The notes under the pieces are model-generated. The model was not told the DNA's origin. It searched no databases and worked only from the letters and a program-made list of their open reading frames with translations. A DNA stretch of 63,970 nucleotides, the filler included. It is 4 parts of 4 records of this genome, joined end to end, with 100 filler letters (N's around TTAATTAATTAA, not from the genome) between each part and the next. Parts side by side here need not be neighbours in the genome. Positions count along the whole stretch, not along the records: positions 1 to 25,072 come from SRR20825006_40; 3 more parts are not named here. One strand, given 5' to 3'. Position numbers and translations under genes: made by a program. Below, in pieces: positions 1 to 9,381 of the stretch (positions are counted from its first letter, which is position 1; each line of letters opens with the position of its first letter).

Positions 1-1
1 T

Positions 2-502
2 ATGGCTGGAAAAAGTACTTTTTTAAGAACTGTTTCACTCCAAATAGTAATGGGAAATATGGGATTGCCTGTTTGTGCTGAAACTGCAGAATACAACCCG
101 ATTAAACTAATAACGAGTATGCGTACTACTGATAGTTTAACGGATGATGAATCGTATTTTTTCAGTGAATTAAAGCGTTTAAAATTTATTGTAGACGAAA
201 TAAAAACCAATCGTTATTTTATAATTTTAGATGAAATTTTAAAAGGAACAAACAGCACAGATAAAGCAATTGGGTCTAAGAAGTTTGTTGAAAAGCTTGT
301 TGCTAGTAACTCCACTGGTATTATTGCAACACACGATTTAAGCCTTTGTACAGTTTCTGAAGAACTTTCGGATGTTAAAAACTATTATTTTGATGCACGC
401 ATTGAAAATAACGAACTCTTTTTCGATTATAAGTTTAAACCTGGTATTTGCCAAAATATGAATGCTTCGTTTTTACTGAAAAAAATGGAAATAGTAGATT
501 AA
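2..502 (+). CDS. MutS-related ATPase (MutS domain V family), 5'-truncated at window edge
   Basis: Walker A tail MAGKST, SYFFSEL, Walker B IILDEILKGTNS, ATHD motif; ORF open at window start. Confidence 0.85.
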   Translation: MAGKSTFLRTVSLQIVMGNMGLPVCAETAEYNPIKLITSMRTTDSLTDDESYFFSELKRLKFIVDEIKTNRYFIILDEILKGTNSTDKAIGSKKFVEKLVASNSTGIIATHDLSLCTVSEELSDVKNYYFDARIENNELFFDYKFKPGICQNMNASFLLKKMEIVD

Positions 503-512
503 AATTATTAAA

Positions 513-1508
513 ATGGATTCAGTAACACAGATAGTATTGGGCGCCGCAGTTGGCGAAGCAGTTTTAGGAAAAAAAATTGGTAATAAAGCGATGGTTTTAG
601 GAGCTATTGCCGGCACTATTCCAGATTTAGATGTAATTGCTACTAATTTTACTGACACCGTTTCGGCATTAGAAATTCATCGAGGTTTTACACATTCCAT
701 TGTTTTTGCAATAGTTTTTGGATTGCTTTTTGGTTGGTTACTATCACTTTGGGATAAACGCGCTTCTGTAAAAGAGTGGTTTTGGTTTTGGTTTTTATGT
801 TTTGTTACACATCCATTGCTTGACGCACATACCACATGGGGAACACAATTATTTTGGCCTTTTGATTTACGGCTGGCGTATAAAAATATTTTTGTGATTG
901 ACCCTTTGTTCACATTGCCTTTTCTTACGTTTTTGCTTCTGGCAATGTTTCAAAAAAGAGAAAGTTTTAAAAGGAGAAAATTTAATAATCTCGGCTTAAT
1001 TGTGAGTAGTGCTTATATGCTACTTACCTTAATTTTAAAGGGAGTTTCCTATTATAAATTTGAAGCAGCACTTAACAATCAAAATATAGAATACGCTGCA
1101 TTGGAAACAAAGCCTAGCCCGATGAATACTATTTTATGGACGGCTAATGTGGAAACGGATGATGCCTTTTTAATAGGCGATTATTCTTTTTTTGATACAA
1201 AACCAATCCAGTTTTCAGTACATCCCAAAAATCACGAAGCCTTAGGAAGTATAAGAAATGAAGAGCGTGTACAACGGCTTATAAAAATTACACAAGGATG
1301 GTATACTGTTTCTGAAAGAGAAGATGGGGTTTATTTAAATGATCTTCGTTTTGGAATGTTGAGCGCAGATCATTCTGAAGCTAAATATGCCTTTAGTTTT
1401 TTACTTAAAAAAGAGGATGGAGTACTAAAAGTAACGGAAGAGCCTAAAGATACGCGCGATGCCAAAAAAATACTTTCAAATCTTTGGGAGCGGATACAAG
1501 GAAATTAA
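513..1508 (+). CDS. Membrane-bound metal-dependent hydrolase (YdjM-like)
   Basis: MDSVTQ start, PDLD, HRGFTHS, HPLLD motifs; several TM segments. Confidence 0.85.
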   Translation: MDSVTQIVLGAAVGEAVLGKKIGNKAMVLGAIAGTIPDLDVIATNFTDTVSALEIHRGFTHSIVFAIVFGLLFGWLLSLWDKRASVKEWFWFWFLCFVTHPLLDAHTTWGTQLFWPFDLRLAYKNIFVIDPLFTLPFLTFLLLAMFQKRESFKRRKFNNLGLIVSSAYMLLTLILKGVSYYKFEAALNNQNIEYAALETKPSPMNTILWTANVETDDAFLIGDYSFFDTKPIQFSVHPKNHEALGSIRNEERVQRLIKITQGWYTVSEREDGVYLNDLRFGMLSADHSEAKYAFSFLLKKEDGVLKVTEEPKDTRDAKKILSNLWERIQGN

Positions 1509-1933
1509 CAGCTTAAATCTGCAATAATTTTCCATTCACCTTCTATTTTTCTGAAAATAATTAAAAAAACACCATTTGCATTTCCTGCATTTCGCACCAA
1601 ATGAAATTGCCCCATCACATAATATGAAGCGTCTTCAATTTTGGTAATAGCATCAATTGTAAATGAAAGTGTTCCAGTATATTCTTTCGTCGGATACCCT
1701 TTTAGGTAATTATTCAATGTGTTTTGCCAACCAAATGTAACTCCTTTACTACCATAAAATTTTAAAGAATCGCTTTTCCAATACCCATGCATAAATTCTT
1801 CAAGATTATTCTGATTCCACGCATCTTCCTGTGTTTTTAAAACCGTTAGAATTGCTTTTTTATCTTCAACTTCAGTTTGTGCAACGCTGTTAAGCGACAT
1901 AATAATTATAAAAAGTAGCAATATGTTTTTCAT
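1505..1933 (-). CDS. Exported NTF2-like / DUF4440 (YybH-family) protein
   Basis: Signal peptide from MKNILL (ATG at 1933); QEDAWN, FMHGYWKSDSL, WKIIAD C-terminus. Confidence 0.75.
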   Translation of the reverse strand: MKNILLLFIIIMSLNSVAQTEVEDKKAILTVLKTQEDAWNQNNLEEFMHGYWKSDSLKFYGSKGVTFGWQNTLNNYLKGYPTKEYTGTLSFTIDAITKIEDASYYVMGQFHLVRNAGNANGVFLIIFRKIEGEWKIIADLSC

Positions 1934-1952
1934 GAGAATAGCGTTTAGTTTT

Positions 1953-2660
1953 TTAAAAATTTTCAGTAAAAAGTAGCGAAGGATCTGGGCAAATATTTTT
2001 CCACTTTTCAATTTCAGACGGAAATGCAACTCCAGGAAAATTGGTGGTGTTCCCCAATAAATCTAACATCACTTGAAAGTGTAGGTGTGGTTCCCAGCCT
2101 CCATTTTCTTTAGCAGTTCCAATGTGACCAAGAAAATCTCCAGCTTTTAGAAAGTCTCCTTCTTTATGAAAATCCAAACTTTTTCTTGAAAGATGTCCGT
2201 AAAGGGTATAGAATTTTAAGTTCTCAAAGGTGTGTTCTAAAACCAACGTAGGGCCGTAATCTTTTGGAAAATTATTGTTGTGTTTAATCGCGATTTTTCC
2301 AGCAAATGGAGCGCAAACAGTTGTATTTTCTTGCACCCAAAAGTCTGTGCCTAAATGAATATTTCGGTATTCAGTTTTATCTTCGATGGTTCTTTTATAA
2401 GCATCGGTGGTATAAAACTTCCGTTTTTCAAGATAGCCATTGGCTAGCAGTGACTCTGGGTTTTTAAGCTGTATTGTAGCAATTGTTTTTCCTAATTCTA
2501 AAACAGTATCGTAATTGGAGTCTGGTGAAAGCGCTGTATTCATATCCATTTTAAGTACATTTGAAAATACTATTTCAGGAAATAATACTTGAAGTGAAAC
2601 AGCTTCATTTTTAGCGATATTTTTAAATTCTGTTAGGCGGATTAAATTACTTTCAGACAT
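1953..2660 (-). CDS. M23-family metallopeptidase-domain protein, no signal peptide
   Basis: HLGTD (HxxxD), YGHL, PHLHFQ (HxH). Confidence 0.85.
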   Translation of the reverse strand: MSESNLIRLTEFKNIAKNEAVSLQVLFPEIVFSNVLKMDMNTALSPDSNYDTVLELGKTIATIQLKNPESLLANGYLEKRKFYTTDAYKRTIEDKTEYRNIHLGTDFWVQENTTVCAPFAGKIAIKHNNNFPKDYGPTLVLEHTFENLKFYTLYGHLSRKSLDFHKEGDFLKAGDFLGHIGTAKENGGWEPHLHFQVMLDLLGNTTNFPGVAFPSEIEKWKNICPDPSLLFTENF

Positions 2661-2728
2661 TTTTATAAGGATGCTTTATTCAATACAAACATCGCAATTC
2701 TACTTCAAAAAAAAGGTATTGAATAAAA

Positions 2729-3829
2729 TTATAAAACACCTTTTTGTTTCTTATAAAAGGCATCAGCTTGTAATTGCATCAATTCTCGCGCTTTTTTGCG
2801 CTTGTAATCGTAAAGTTCTTGTTCTTCAGAAATATCTGCATACACGCGGTTATTGATGTCTCGGTCTGTAGTTACTAATATATCGCGTTGCGATTTTTGT
2901 TGCGTTACCCATGATTTTAAGGCACTTTCTTGTTCCTCGAGCTTTAAATCGTATGCGCCTTTTGGGGATAATAATTTTGCTAGAATTGGTGAAGTTTCAA
3001 TAGCCAAAAACAATAAAAAGATAAAAAGAGATGGCAACCACGGTAGTTTATTTAATGCATCAACTCGTGCCATCAAACCATCAAACCCATCAATTACAGG
3101 CTGCGTATTGGCAACTTTAGTGTTGTATTCGGTTGAAAGATCTGCAATTTTGGCTTCGGCTGCGATTATTTTTTCAGCATTTGCTTTTTTTAAATCAGTT
3201 AAGGCAGCGAGTTCGGCATCATGTTTTTCTCTTTTTTCTTTATAAACGGGTCCTTTGCCAAGCTTTTCAGTACCTTTTCGACCTTCAGCTTCAGCGATAT
3301 AGGTTTCATAAAGTGTATTTACCTCACTTTCTTTAGTGATTATTTCATTTTTCAACCCTTGAATTTCCGTTTCTAAAGCCTTAACAGAAGGCGTAAATTG
3401 TAGCGCCAATTGGTCTTTGTTGGCGAGCGTCATTTCATTTTTTTCTGTAAGTAATACTTGATTAATTTCTTTTTCAAAAATTTTCATCTCCAATGGTTTT
3501 GAAATCACAATAGCGATAATTATTGCCAATGCAATTCGAGGAGAAGCTTGTATTAATTCGTCAAAAAAGCTATTTCGTTTTTTGATGGTGGAAACTATAA
3601 AACGGTCTAGATTGAATATTAATAATCCCCAAATAACTCCGAAAAATATAGCTGAAAAATAAGTGTCGAAAACAGTGTATAGTGCATATGCAGCTGCAAT
3701 TGTAGCCATCACTGCTGTAAAGAAAACGGTGGCTCCAATACCTGCGTATTTTGTACGTTCGCCTGGAGAGCATTCATTTAAAATAGCAGTATCTGCACCA
3801 GAGCAGAAGATGAAAAAACGTTGTAACAT
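2729..3829 (-). CDS. DUF4407-domain membrane/coiled-coil protein
   Basis: WGLLIFNLDRFIV, ISKPLE.KIF, EAEG..G.G.GP motifs; TM helices around a coiled coil. Confidence 0.8.
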   Translation of the reverse strand: MLQRFFIFCSGADTAILNECSPGERTKYAGIGATVFFTAVMATIAAAYALYTVFDTYFSAIFFGVIWGLLIFNLDRFIVSTIKKRNSFFDELIQASPRIALAIIIAIVISKPLEMKIFEKEINQVLLTEKNEMTLANKDQLALQFTPSVKALETEIQGLKNEIITKESEVNTLYETYIAEAEGRKGTEKLGKGPVYKEKREKHDAELAALTDLKKANAEKIIAAEAKIADLSTEYNTKVANTQPVIDGFDGLMARVDALNKLPWLPSLFIFLLFLAIETSPILAKLLSPKGAYDLKLEEQESALKSWVTQQKSQRDILVTTDRDINNRVYADISEEQELYDYKRKKARELMQLQADAFYKKQKGVL

Positions 3830-3853
3830 AAAGATTTAGATTGATGAGCCTAT

Positions 3854-3881
3854 ATAACGCTATTTGAATCAGTTTGTTACA
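3854..3881 (-). promoter_or_regulatory. Putative ECF-sigma promoter for the DUF4407 gene
   Basis: Minus strand TGTAAC-N16-CGTTAT, matching the generic ECF AAC/CGT pattern, about 25 nt before the ATG. Confidence 0.5.
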
Positions 3882-4001
3882 GGCTAACGGAAAAAAATTG
3901 CTAGAAAGCACTTAATTTTAATTAATTAGGCGTGTAGGGAAACAAGGATTAAAATATATTATATGTAGGAAAAATCCTATATTTACTATAGAATTAAATT
4001 T

Positions 4002-5039
4002 ATGATGAAATCAATATTTCAGGGATTAATTTTAATGATATTTTTTAGTTCAGTTTGCCAAACTTCTAAAACTGAGAAACCTTCCCATGAAATTAATAAT
4101 ATTGTGTCTACTTTTTCGAATTCAGAGAGGGTTAATATGTTGCACCTTATGGCGAATTCAACGAAGCTCTCAGATTCATCTAGAATTAAAACGTTTGGTG
4201 ATTTAGGTATTTTATACAGTACAATGGGAGTAAAAGATTCCGCTGATTTTTATTTTAATAAAGCAATTATTGCTTCTCAAGCGTATCCTTTATTACGTTC
4301 CCAAATGTATTTTTTAAAGGATTCACTTTATTCTATAAATTATGAATTGGGTTCTGTTGAATTAAATAATTTAAAAAAGGAGAAGCGTTATAGCTTAGCA
4401 AATACAAAGGATTTATTGTTGGAAAACAGCACAAAAAAAGATAAAATTTTAATCTTAAGTATTTTCATTTTCTTACTAGTAATAGCAATTGGTCTTGTAC
4501 TTATTATTACGAATAGAAATAAAATTCATCTTCAAAAGGAAATGCTTGGCAACTTAAAAATATCTAAAAGAGCATTAGAAGACAAGCAACGATTAGAGGC
4601 TAGATTACATATAGAAAGAGGTAGGACGTTAGCAAACAAGGAAAAGCAATTAGTGGAAGTTTCATTAGAGATGGCCGATCTTCAGAATAAATTATTGGAA
4701 GAAATAAATCGTTGGGAAGCAAATGAAAGTTTTAAAGAGCTTTCCGAAAATTTAAAATATTTATTAAATAAAAAGAATTACTGGAAATATTTTAAAGGTA
4801 AATTTATTGAAGTGCATCCGCATTTTGCATCCTTATTAAATGAAATGTTCCCGAACTTATCTGAAAACGATATTGCTTTTTGTTGTATGTTGAAATTGCA
4901 AGTTTCAGTCCCCGAAATTGCTTCCCTCATGGGGAAAAGTGAAGATGAAATTGAATCAAGAATAAACTATTTAAAAAGAAAAATGGGTTTAGGAAATGAT
5001 CCGCTAGCTTTTCATCATTTAATAACTCATATGGAGTAA
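4002..5039 (+). CDS. Membrane-anchored TPR / LuxR-type HTH transcriptional regulator (short)
   Basis: N-terminal signal, TPR-like segment, one TM helix, coiled coil, F.EVHP.F...L...LS..D..FC..LK HTH tail. Confidence 0.7.
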   Translation: MMKSIFQGLILMIFFSSVCQTSKTEKPSHEINNIVSTFSNSERVNMLHLMANSTKLSDSSRIKTFGDLGILYSTMGVKDSADFYFNKAIIASQAYPLLRSQMYFLKDSLYSINYELGSVELNNLKKEKRYSLANTKDLLLENSTKKDKILILSIFIFLLVIAIGLVLIITNRNKIHLQKEMLGNLKISKRALEDKQRLEARLHIERGRTLANKEKQLVEVSLEMADLQNKLLEEINRWEANESFKELSENLKYLLNKKNYWKYFKGKFIEVHPHFASLLNEMFPNLSENDIAFCCMLKLQVSVPEIASLMGKSEDEIESRINYLKRKMGLGNDPLAFHHLITHME

Positions 5040-5080
5040 AATAATTTCTTAGTAATTATTTTACTAACACTTATTAGATA

Positions 5081-5120
5081 ATAATTCCCCAGAAATTACT
5101 TTCTGAGGAACTATTTTTTT
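5081..5120. terminator. Bidirectional intrinsic terminator between convergent genes
   Basis: TTCCCCAGAA...TTCTGAGGAA stem followed by a T-run. Confidence 0.55.
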
Positions 5121-5135
5121 CAAAATTTATAGTGT

Positions 5136-7442
5136 TTATTGCTTTAATATTCTTTTAAAATAAACTTCATTAGCATTGTTTTGTATACGCACTAAATAAA
5201 CCCCAGCTTCAAGTTTGGAAATATTCAAATTGGTACTGGTTTCAGCTTCCATAACCTTTATTCCGTTTAAAGAATAAATTGCAACTTGCTTTACCATTGA
5301 GTTTTTTAATTGAATATTAACTAGATCGCTTGCAGGGTTAGGATAGATTGAAATTTCATTTGAATTATTTTCAAATTCTAGGGTACCTAAAACTGTTAAA
5401 TCAATTGTGTATTCTACAAGACCCAAATCGAAAGTGCCAATGAATACTTTTACTGAATTTTCACTAAATGAATATGTAGAAGAAACAGCACCTATGGCAA
5501 GTAATTGTTCATTGTTTATGGTTTCCCAGTTTTCGCCACTATCTGTGGAATAATGCATAGCAAATTCAGAAATTTGTGAACTATATGTTGAAGCCATCAT
5601 GGCGCCTTCAGTTTCTGTTGAAAACGCTACATTAAAAACCAATTCACTGGTTTTTCTGTCCCAGTTTTCGCCTCCATCTTCAGAAATAAAAATTCCCTTT
5701 GAGCTAGCTAAAGCCAAGCGGTTTTCATTTAGTGGATCTTTTTGAAGATCAAAAATAAGGTCATTCGTATTCATCACTTCAAGCCCATTACTTGTATTAG
5801 CCCAAGTTGCACCCCCATCTATTGAAGTATATACTTCAATACCTACGGTAATTGTAATCTTGTCTGTTTCATCAATAATTATTTTGTGTATAAAATCGAG
5901 ATTAGGCAAGGTTATATCATTAACAATCACATTATTTAAATCACTAAAATTTATCTGCTTAAGCTTCGTTTCACTTGGGTCAAAACCAGCAAAAGCAGCC
6001 AAAATAGTTTCTGGAGAATTTTGGAAAGTAGCTACTGCAGTGAATTTATTTGAAAAGGTTGATAAAAGTTCAGTTTTATTGGCGCCATTATCATTGCTTA
6101 TTTTAAGACTTGACCCCATAAAACTTGAGGTGAAAGTGTATATTCTATTTGGCGTAATTTTATCTGCATACTGCGTTTGCCCTGGATTGCTAGAAAAGAT
6201 ATTTAAAGGCATAATATCGTATGGGGTGTCAATGCCAGAATTTAAATTGCGATGAACATAACCAAATTGAACACCATAGTAAAGACTTGCCTCAGTACCA
6301 TCTTTATAAAGATCCATGTTTCCAGTACTAGTAAAATATGGGCTTTTAGACCAAGAAAGGGTTTCTCCTCCATCTGAAGAAAATAGCGGGACATAATCAG
6401 CACTGATAAAAATTTCATTTGGATTATGAGGATTGTAGCTAGCATTTAATCCATAAAAATAGCTTTCAGGATTTTCGTCTGGGTATACAAAGTTTTTCCA
6501 AGTAGCTCCGCCATTTTCAGAGATTACAATTTCGTTTTCTTCCAAAATAATAATTTGTGATGGGTTGTTTTCATTAAAACGAATCACGTTGATACAATCC
6601 AAGATCCCCTCAGTCCAAGTGATGGGGACAATAGAAAAGGTTTCCCCGTCATCTATAGATTTATAAAGATTTTCTACATTACTCCCAAAACTAATTCCGG
6701 TTCCCATCCAGATTTTTTCAGGGTTTGTGGGGTCGAAACTTATAGGATCCAAGATGATTCCTGGTAATTTTTCTACCCAAGTCTGGCCCGCATCGTCAGA
6801 TACAAAAAGTCCTCCATCAATATTGGTAGATCCATTCCCGCGGCTGAGAAAGAGTTTTTCTGGATCAGCTGGGCTTATGGCTACATCGTTAATGAAAACT
6901 GTATCATAATCATTGGTGTGGTATACCATACTCCAGGTAGTACCCCCATCTGCGGTGTAGAATGTTTTTCCTTCGTGATTCATACCCCCAGGAAAATTAG
7001 TGTCTACAAGTAAAACATCCATATTTTGGTCATAAAAATCATAGGAGGTTACATAGCTATTTTCACTTTGATTTGGCAATGGAAATGTTTTAATAATAGT
7101 GGAAGAAGCAATATCATATACTCTAACATCATTTAGTGAAGTGTCTGGAAGGTAGGCTGAAAAAGTTAGCGCTGATCCATCAGAAGAAAGCTTTAAGTCT
7201 TTAATTCTTGCGCCTTTGCCAATAAGTAAAGAATACAAAATATTCCAGTTGACACCATTATCTTCAGAAACTATTATATGGTTTCCCATGGTTACCGCAT
7301 ATACCTTATTTGGTACATTTGCATCATAGGTAAGGTCGTAAATACGACCGAAATCAATAGAACCAGTTACCTCAGGCTGTGCGAATGTTGGTTGAAATGA
7401 AAAGAGTAATGTAAATAAAAATAGAGTAATCGATTTTTTCAT
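5136..7442 (-). CDS. T9SS type-A-sorted Asp-box (BNR/VPS10-like beta-propeller) protein
   Basis: Signal peptide; about ten S/T-x-D-x-G-x-x-W boxes; C-terminal IYPNPASD...GVYLVRI...KRILKQ sorting domain. Confidence 0.85.
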   Translation of the reverse strand: MKKSITLFLFTLLFSFQPTFAQPEVTGSIDFGRIYDLTYDANVPNKVYAVTMGNHIIVSEDNGVNWNILYSLLIGKGARIKDLKLSSDGSALTFSAYLPDTSLNDVRVYDIASSTIIKTFPLPNQSENSYVTSYDFYDQNMDVLLVDTNFPGGMNHEGKTFYTADGGTTWSMVYHTNDYDTVFINDVAISPADPEKLFLSRGNGSTNIDGGLFVSDDAGQTWVEKLPGIILDPISFDPTNPEKIWMGTGISFGSNVENLYKSIDDGETFSIVPITWTEGILDCINVIRFNENNPSQIIILEENEIVISENGGATWKNFVYPDENPESYFYGLNASYNPHNPNEIFISADYVPLFSSDGGETLSWSKSPYFTSTGNMDLYKDGTEASLYYGVQFGYVHRNLNSGIDTPYDIMPLNIFSSNPGQTQYADKITPNRIYTFTSSFMGSSLKISNDNGANKTELLSTFSNKFTAVATFQNSPETILAAFAGFDPSETKLKQINFSDLNNVIVNDITLPNLDFIHKIIIDETDKITITVGIEVYTSIDGGATWANTSNGLEVMNTNDLIFDLQKDPLNENRLALASSKGIFISEDGGENWDRKTSELVFNVAFSTETEGAMMASTYSSQISEFAMHYSTDSGENWETINNEQLLAIGAVSSTYSFSENSVKVFIGTFDLGLVEYTIDLTVLGTLEFENNSNEISIYPNPASDLVNIQLKNSMVKQVAIYSLNGIKVMEAETSTNLNISKLEAGVYLVRIQNNANEVYFKRILKQ

Positions 7443-7488
7443 AATTTAGGGTTTTAATTTGCTCCCAATATTCTGAAAATTATAAGGA

Positions 7489-7542
7489 AGTGTGCTAAGA
7501 AAATCTCCTAATTAGTGCGACGGGATTCAGAAAAAGTGTGAC
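7489..7542 (-). promoter_or_regulatory. Three direct repeats upstream of the T9SS gene; candidate regulator sites
   Basis: + strand AGTGTGCT (7489), AGTGCGAC (7514), AGTGTGAC (7535). Confidence 0.45.
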
Positions 7543-7550
7543 ATATAGGG

Positions 7551-9188
7551 TTAAGTCGTTGTAATATAGCGGTATAGTACTGTGCTATCTTCTAGCCCCA
7601 TTTTGTTGCTAATACGCTCCTTCCGTTTGCGTGTTGCTTCCACTGTAATATTAAAAAGCGAAGCAATTTCCTTAATTGTAAGATCCATATACATATAACT
7701 CAAGAAACGAATATCATTTGCGGTTAATTCTTTATGATTGGTGCGCAATTTTGTAAGCAATCCATGGTTAACCTCTTCAAAATGGGTGAGAAAGCTATCC
7801 CATTCGGAATCGTTTTTTAGTAGTTTTTTTAGCTCTTTTATTTTGTTTGTTAAAAAAGCATTATGTGTAATTTCTGACTGATTCGTTAAACTATTAATTA
7901 CTTCTTTAATCAATTCATTCCTACTAGAAATTTGCAGTGCTTTGGCTGCAAGCTTTCTGTTTCTATTTTCAATTTCATTTTTAAGTCGTTCCTGTTCAAG
8001 CAAAGCCACGGCTTCTTTTGCATGTAATTGTTTTTCTAATAAGAGGTTGTCACTTTCTTTTTTTTGAAGTTCTAATTCTATAAACTCCTTACTCTGTTGG
8101 TGTAGAATTTTTCTTTGTTTGTTTTTTATAAAGCTGTTGTACAATGCCCAAGTGATAAGACATATTATCAGAATTGAAATGCCCAAAAGACTATAAAGAG
8201 TGGTGCGTTCTTGCGCTCTCAATTCTGAACTTCGCTGAAGTTCTCGTCTATAATCGGCTATTTCAAATTTTACTCTATTTGTTTCAAATAAACGACCGTT
8301 TTTTAATTGGTTTAACGATTCAGTAAGCAAAATTATGGAGTCTTTTGCTTCAATTGCATTGGTGTACAATCCATTTTTAGTGTAAATTTCTGATAATTGC
8401 TGGTAAGCACTTATTCGGTTTTCTGGGTTTAAAGCTGCTTTTAATGCTGCTTGGCCGTATACAATTGCTTCGGATATTTCATTTTTATCTTTTGCAATAT
8501 CAGACAGTAAGATAAGGGTTGAAATTCGCTCTTCGCTATGTGTAACAATCTCTAACTTAGGAAGTAATGAATCTGCCAAGGTTTTCGCTTTTTTAAGTTC
8601 TCCTCGTTTATAATAGTTTTCTGCTAAAGCTATTTCAACTAAAATAATTAATGCAGGTTGATTTTTAAGCATTTCTTTAGCTTCTGCCAAATAAGCTGCA
8701 GCCACATTTGGTTTATTTTGCTGATTCGCCAACATGCCTAAGTTTACCGCATATAATCCTATTTTGATTGGTTCTTTATGTTCTTGAGCTAATTTATATG
8801 CCTTAGAAAAATATTCTTCGGCTTTCACTGGATCGTCTTCTTTAATGTATAAAATAGCAATGTTGTTAAGAACAATCATCTCTTCATTTTCATCAAGATG
8901 TTTTAATGCTATGGTGTATGCTTCTAAATAATTATCCAGTGCTTCTCCATAATCCAACATAGAATAGTAATTTGCTCCAATATTATTAAGAGCCAAAAAC
9001 TGTTGTTTATACAACTGTTTTTCCTCAGCAACAGTTCGTACCTTAGTTAGCAATTCAAGTGATAAAGTATATTCTTTATTACTTCTTGCTTCTATACCTT
9101 GAACTAAAAGACTGTCTAGTTGTACTGTGTTCTGAGCAATTAGAAATGAAGAGAAAAGAAAAATTAATAATTTAAAATAAACTTTCAT
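7551..9188 (-). CDS. Membrane-anchored TPR-repeat / LuxR-type HTH regulator
   Basis: Signal peptide, multiple TPRs (NNIGANY, NNIAILY, NLGML), TM helix, coiled coil, KEIASLFNIT...RKRKERI HTH. Confidence 0.8.
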   Translation of the reverse strand: MKVYFKLLIFLFSSFLIAQNTVQLDSLLVQGIEARSNKEYTLSLELLTKVRTVAEEKQLYKQQFLALNNIGANYYSMLDYGEALDNYLEAYTIALKHLDENEEMIVLNNIAILYIKEDDPVKAEEYFSKAYKLAQEHKEPIKIGLYAVNLGMLANQQNKPNVAAAYLAEAKEMLKNQPALIILVEIALAENYYKRGELKKAKTLADSLLPKLEIVTHSEERISTLILLSDIAKDKNEISEAIVYGQAALKAALNPENRISAYQQLSEIYTKNGLYTNAIEAKDSIILLTESLNQLKNGRLFETNRVKFEIADYRRELQRSSELRAQERTTLYSLLGISILIICLITWALYNSFIKNKQRKILHQQSKEFIELELQKKESDNLLLEKQLHAKEAVALLEQERLKNEIENRNRKLAAKALQISSRNELIKEVINSLTNQSEITHNAFLTNKIKELKKLLKNDSEWDSFLTHFEEVNHGLLTKLRTNHKELTANDIRFLSYMYMDLTIKEIASLFNITVEATRKRKERISNKMGLEDSTVLYRYITTT

Positions 9189-9381
9189 ATAATTTATAAA
9201 GTTCGTGAAGTTAGCCTATATCTTAAAAAAGACATAACTTAAAGGAGATTTTGTTTACTTTGAATAGCTATTTTAAAACTAAAATAAAAAATGTAAAAAT
9301 ACTAGCATTTATAAATTATACGACGACTATTTGGAAATTAACCTTTCCTTGTTATATCTTGCATACTGCATATTTTAACAA

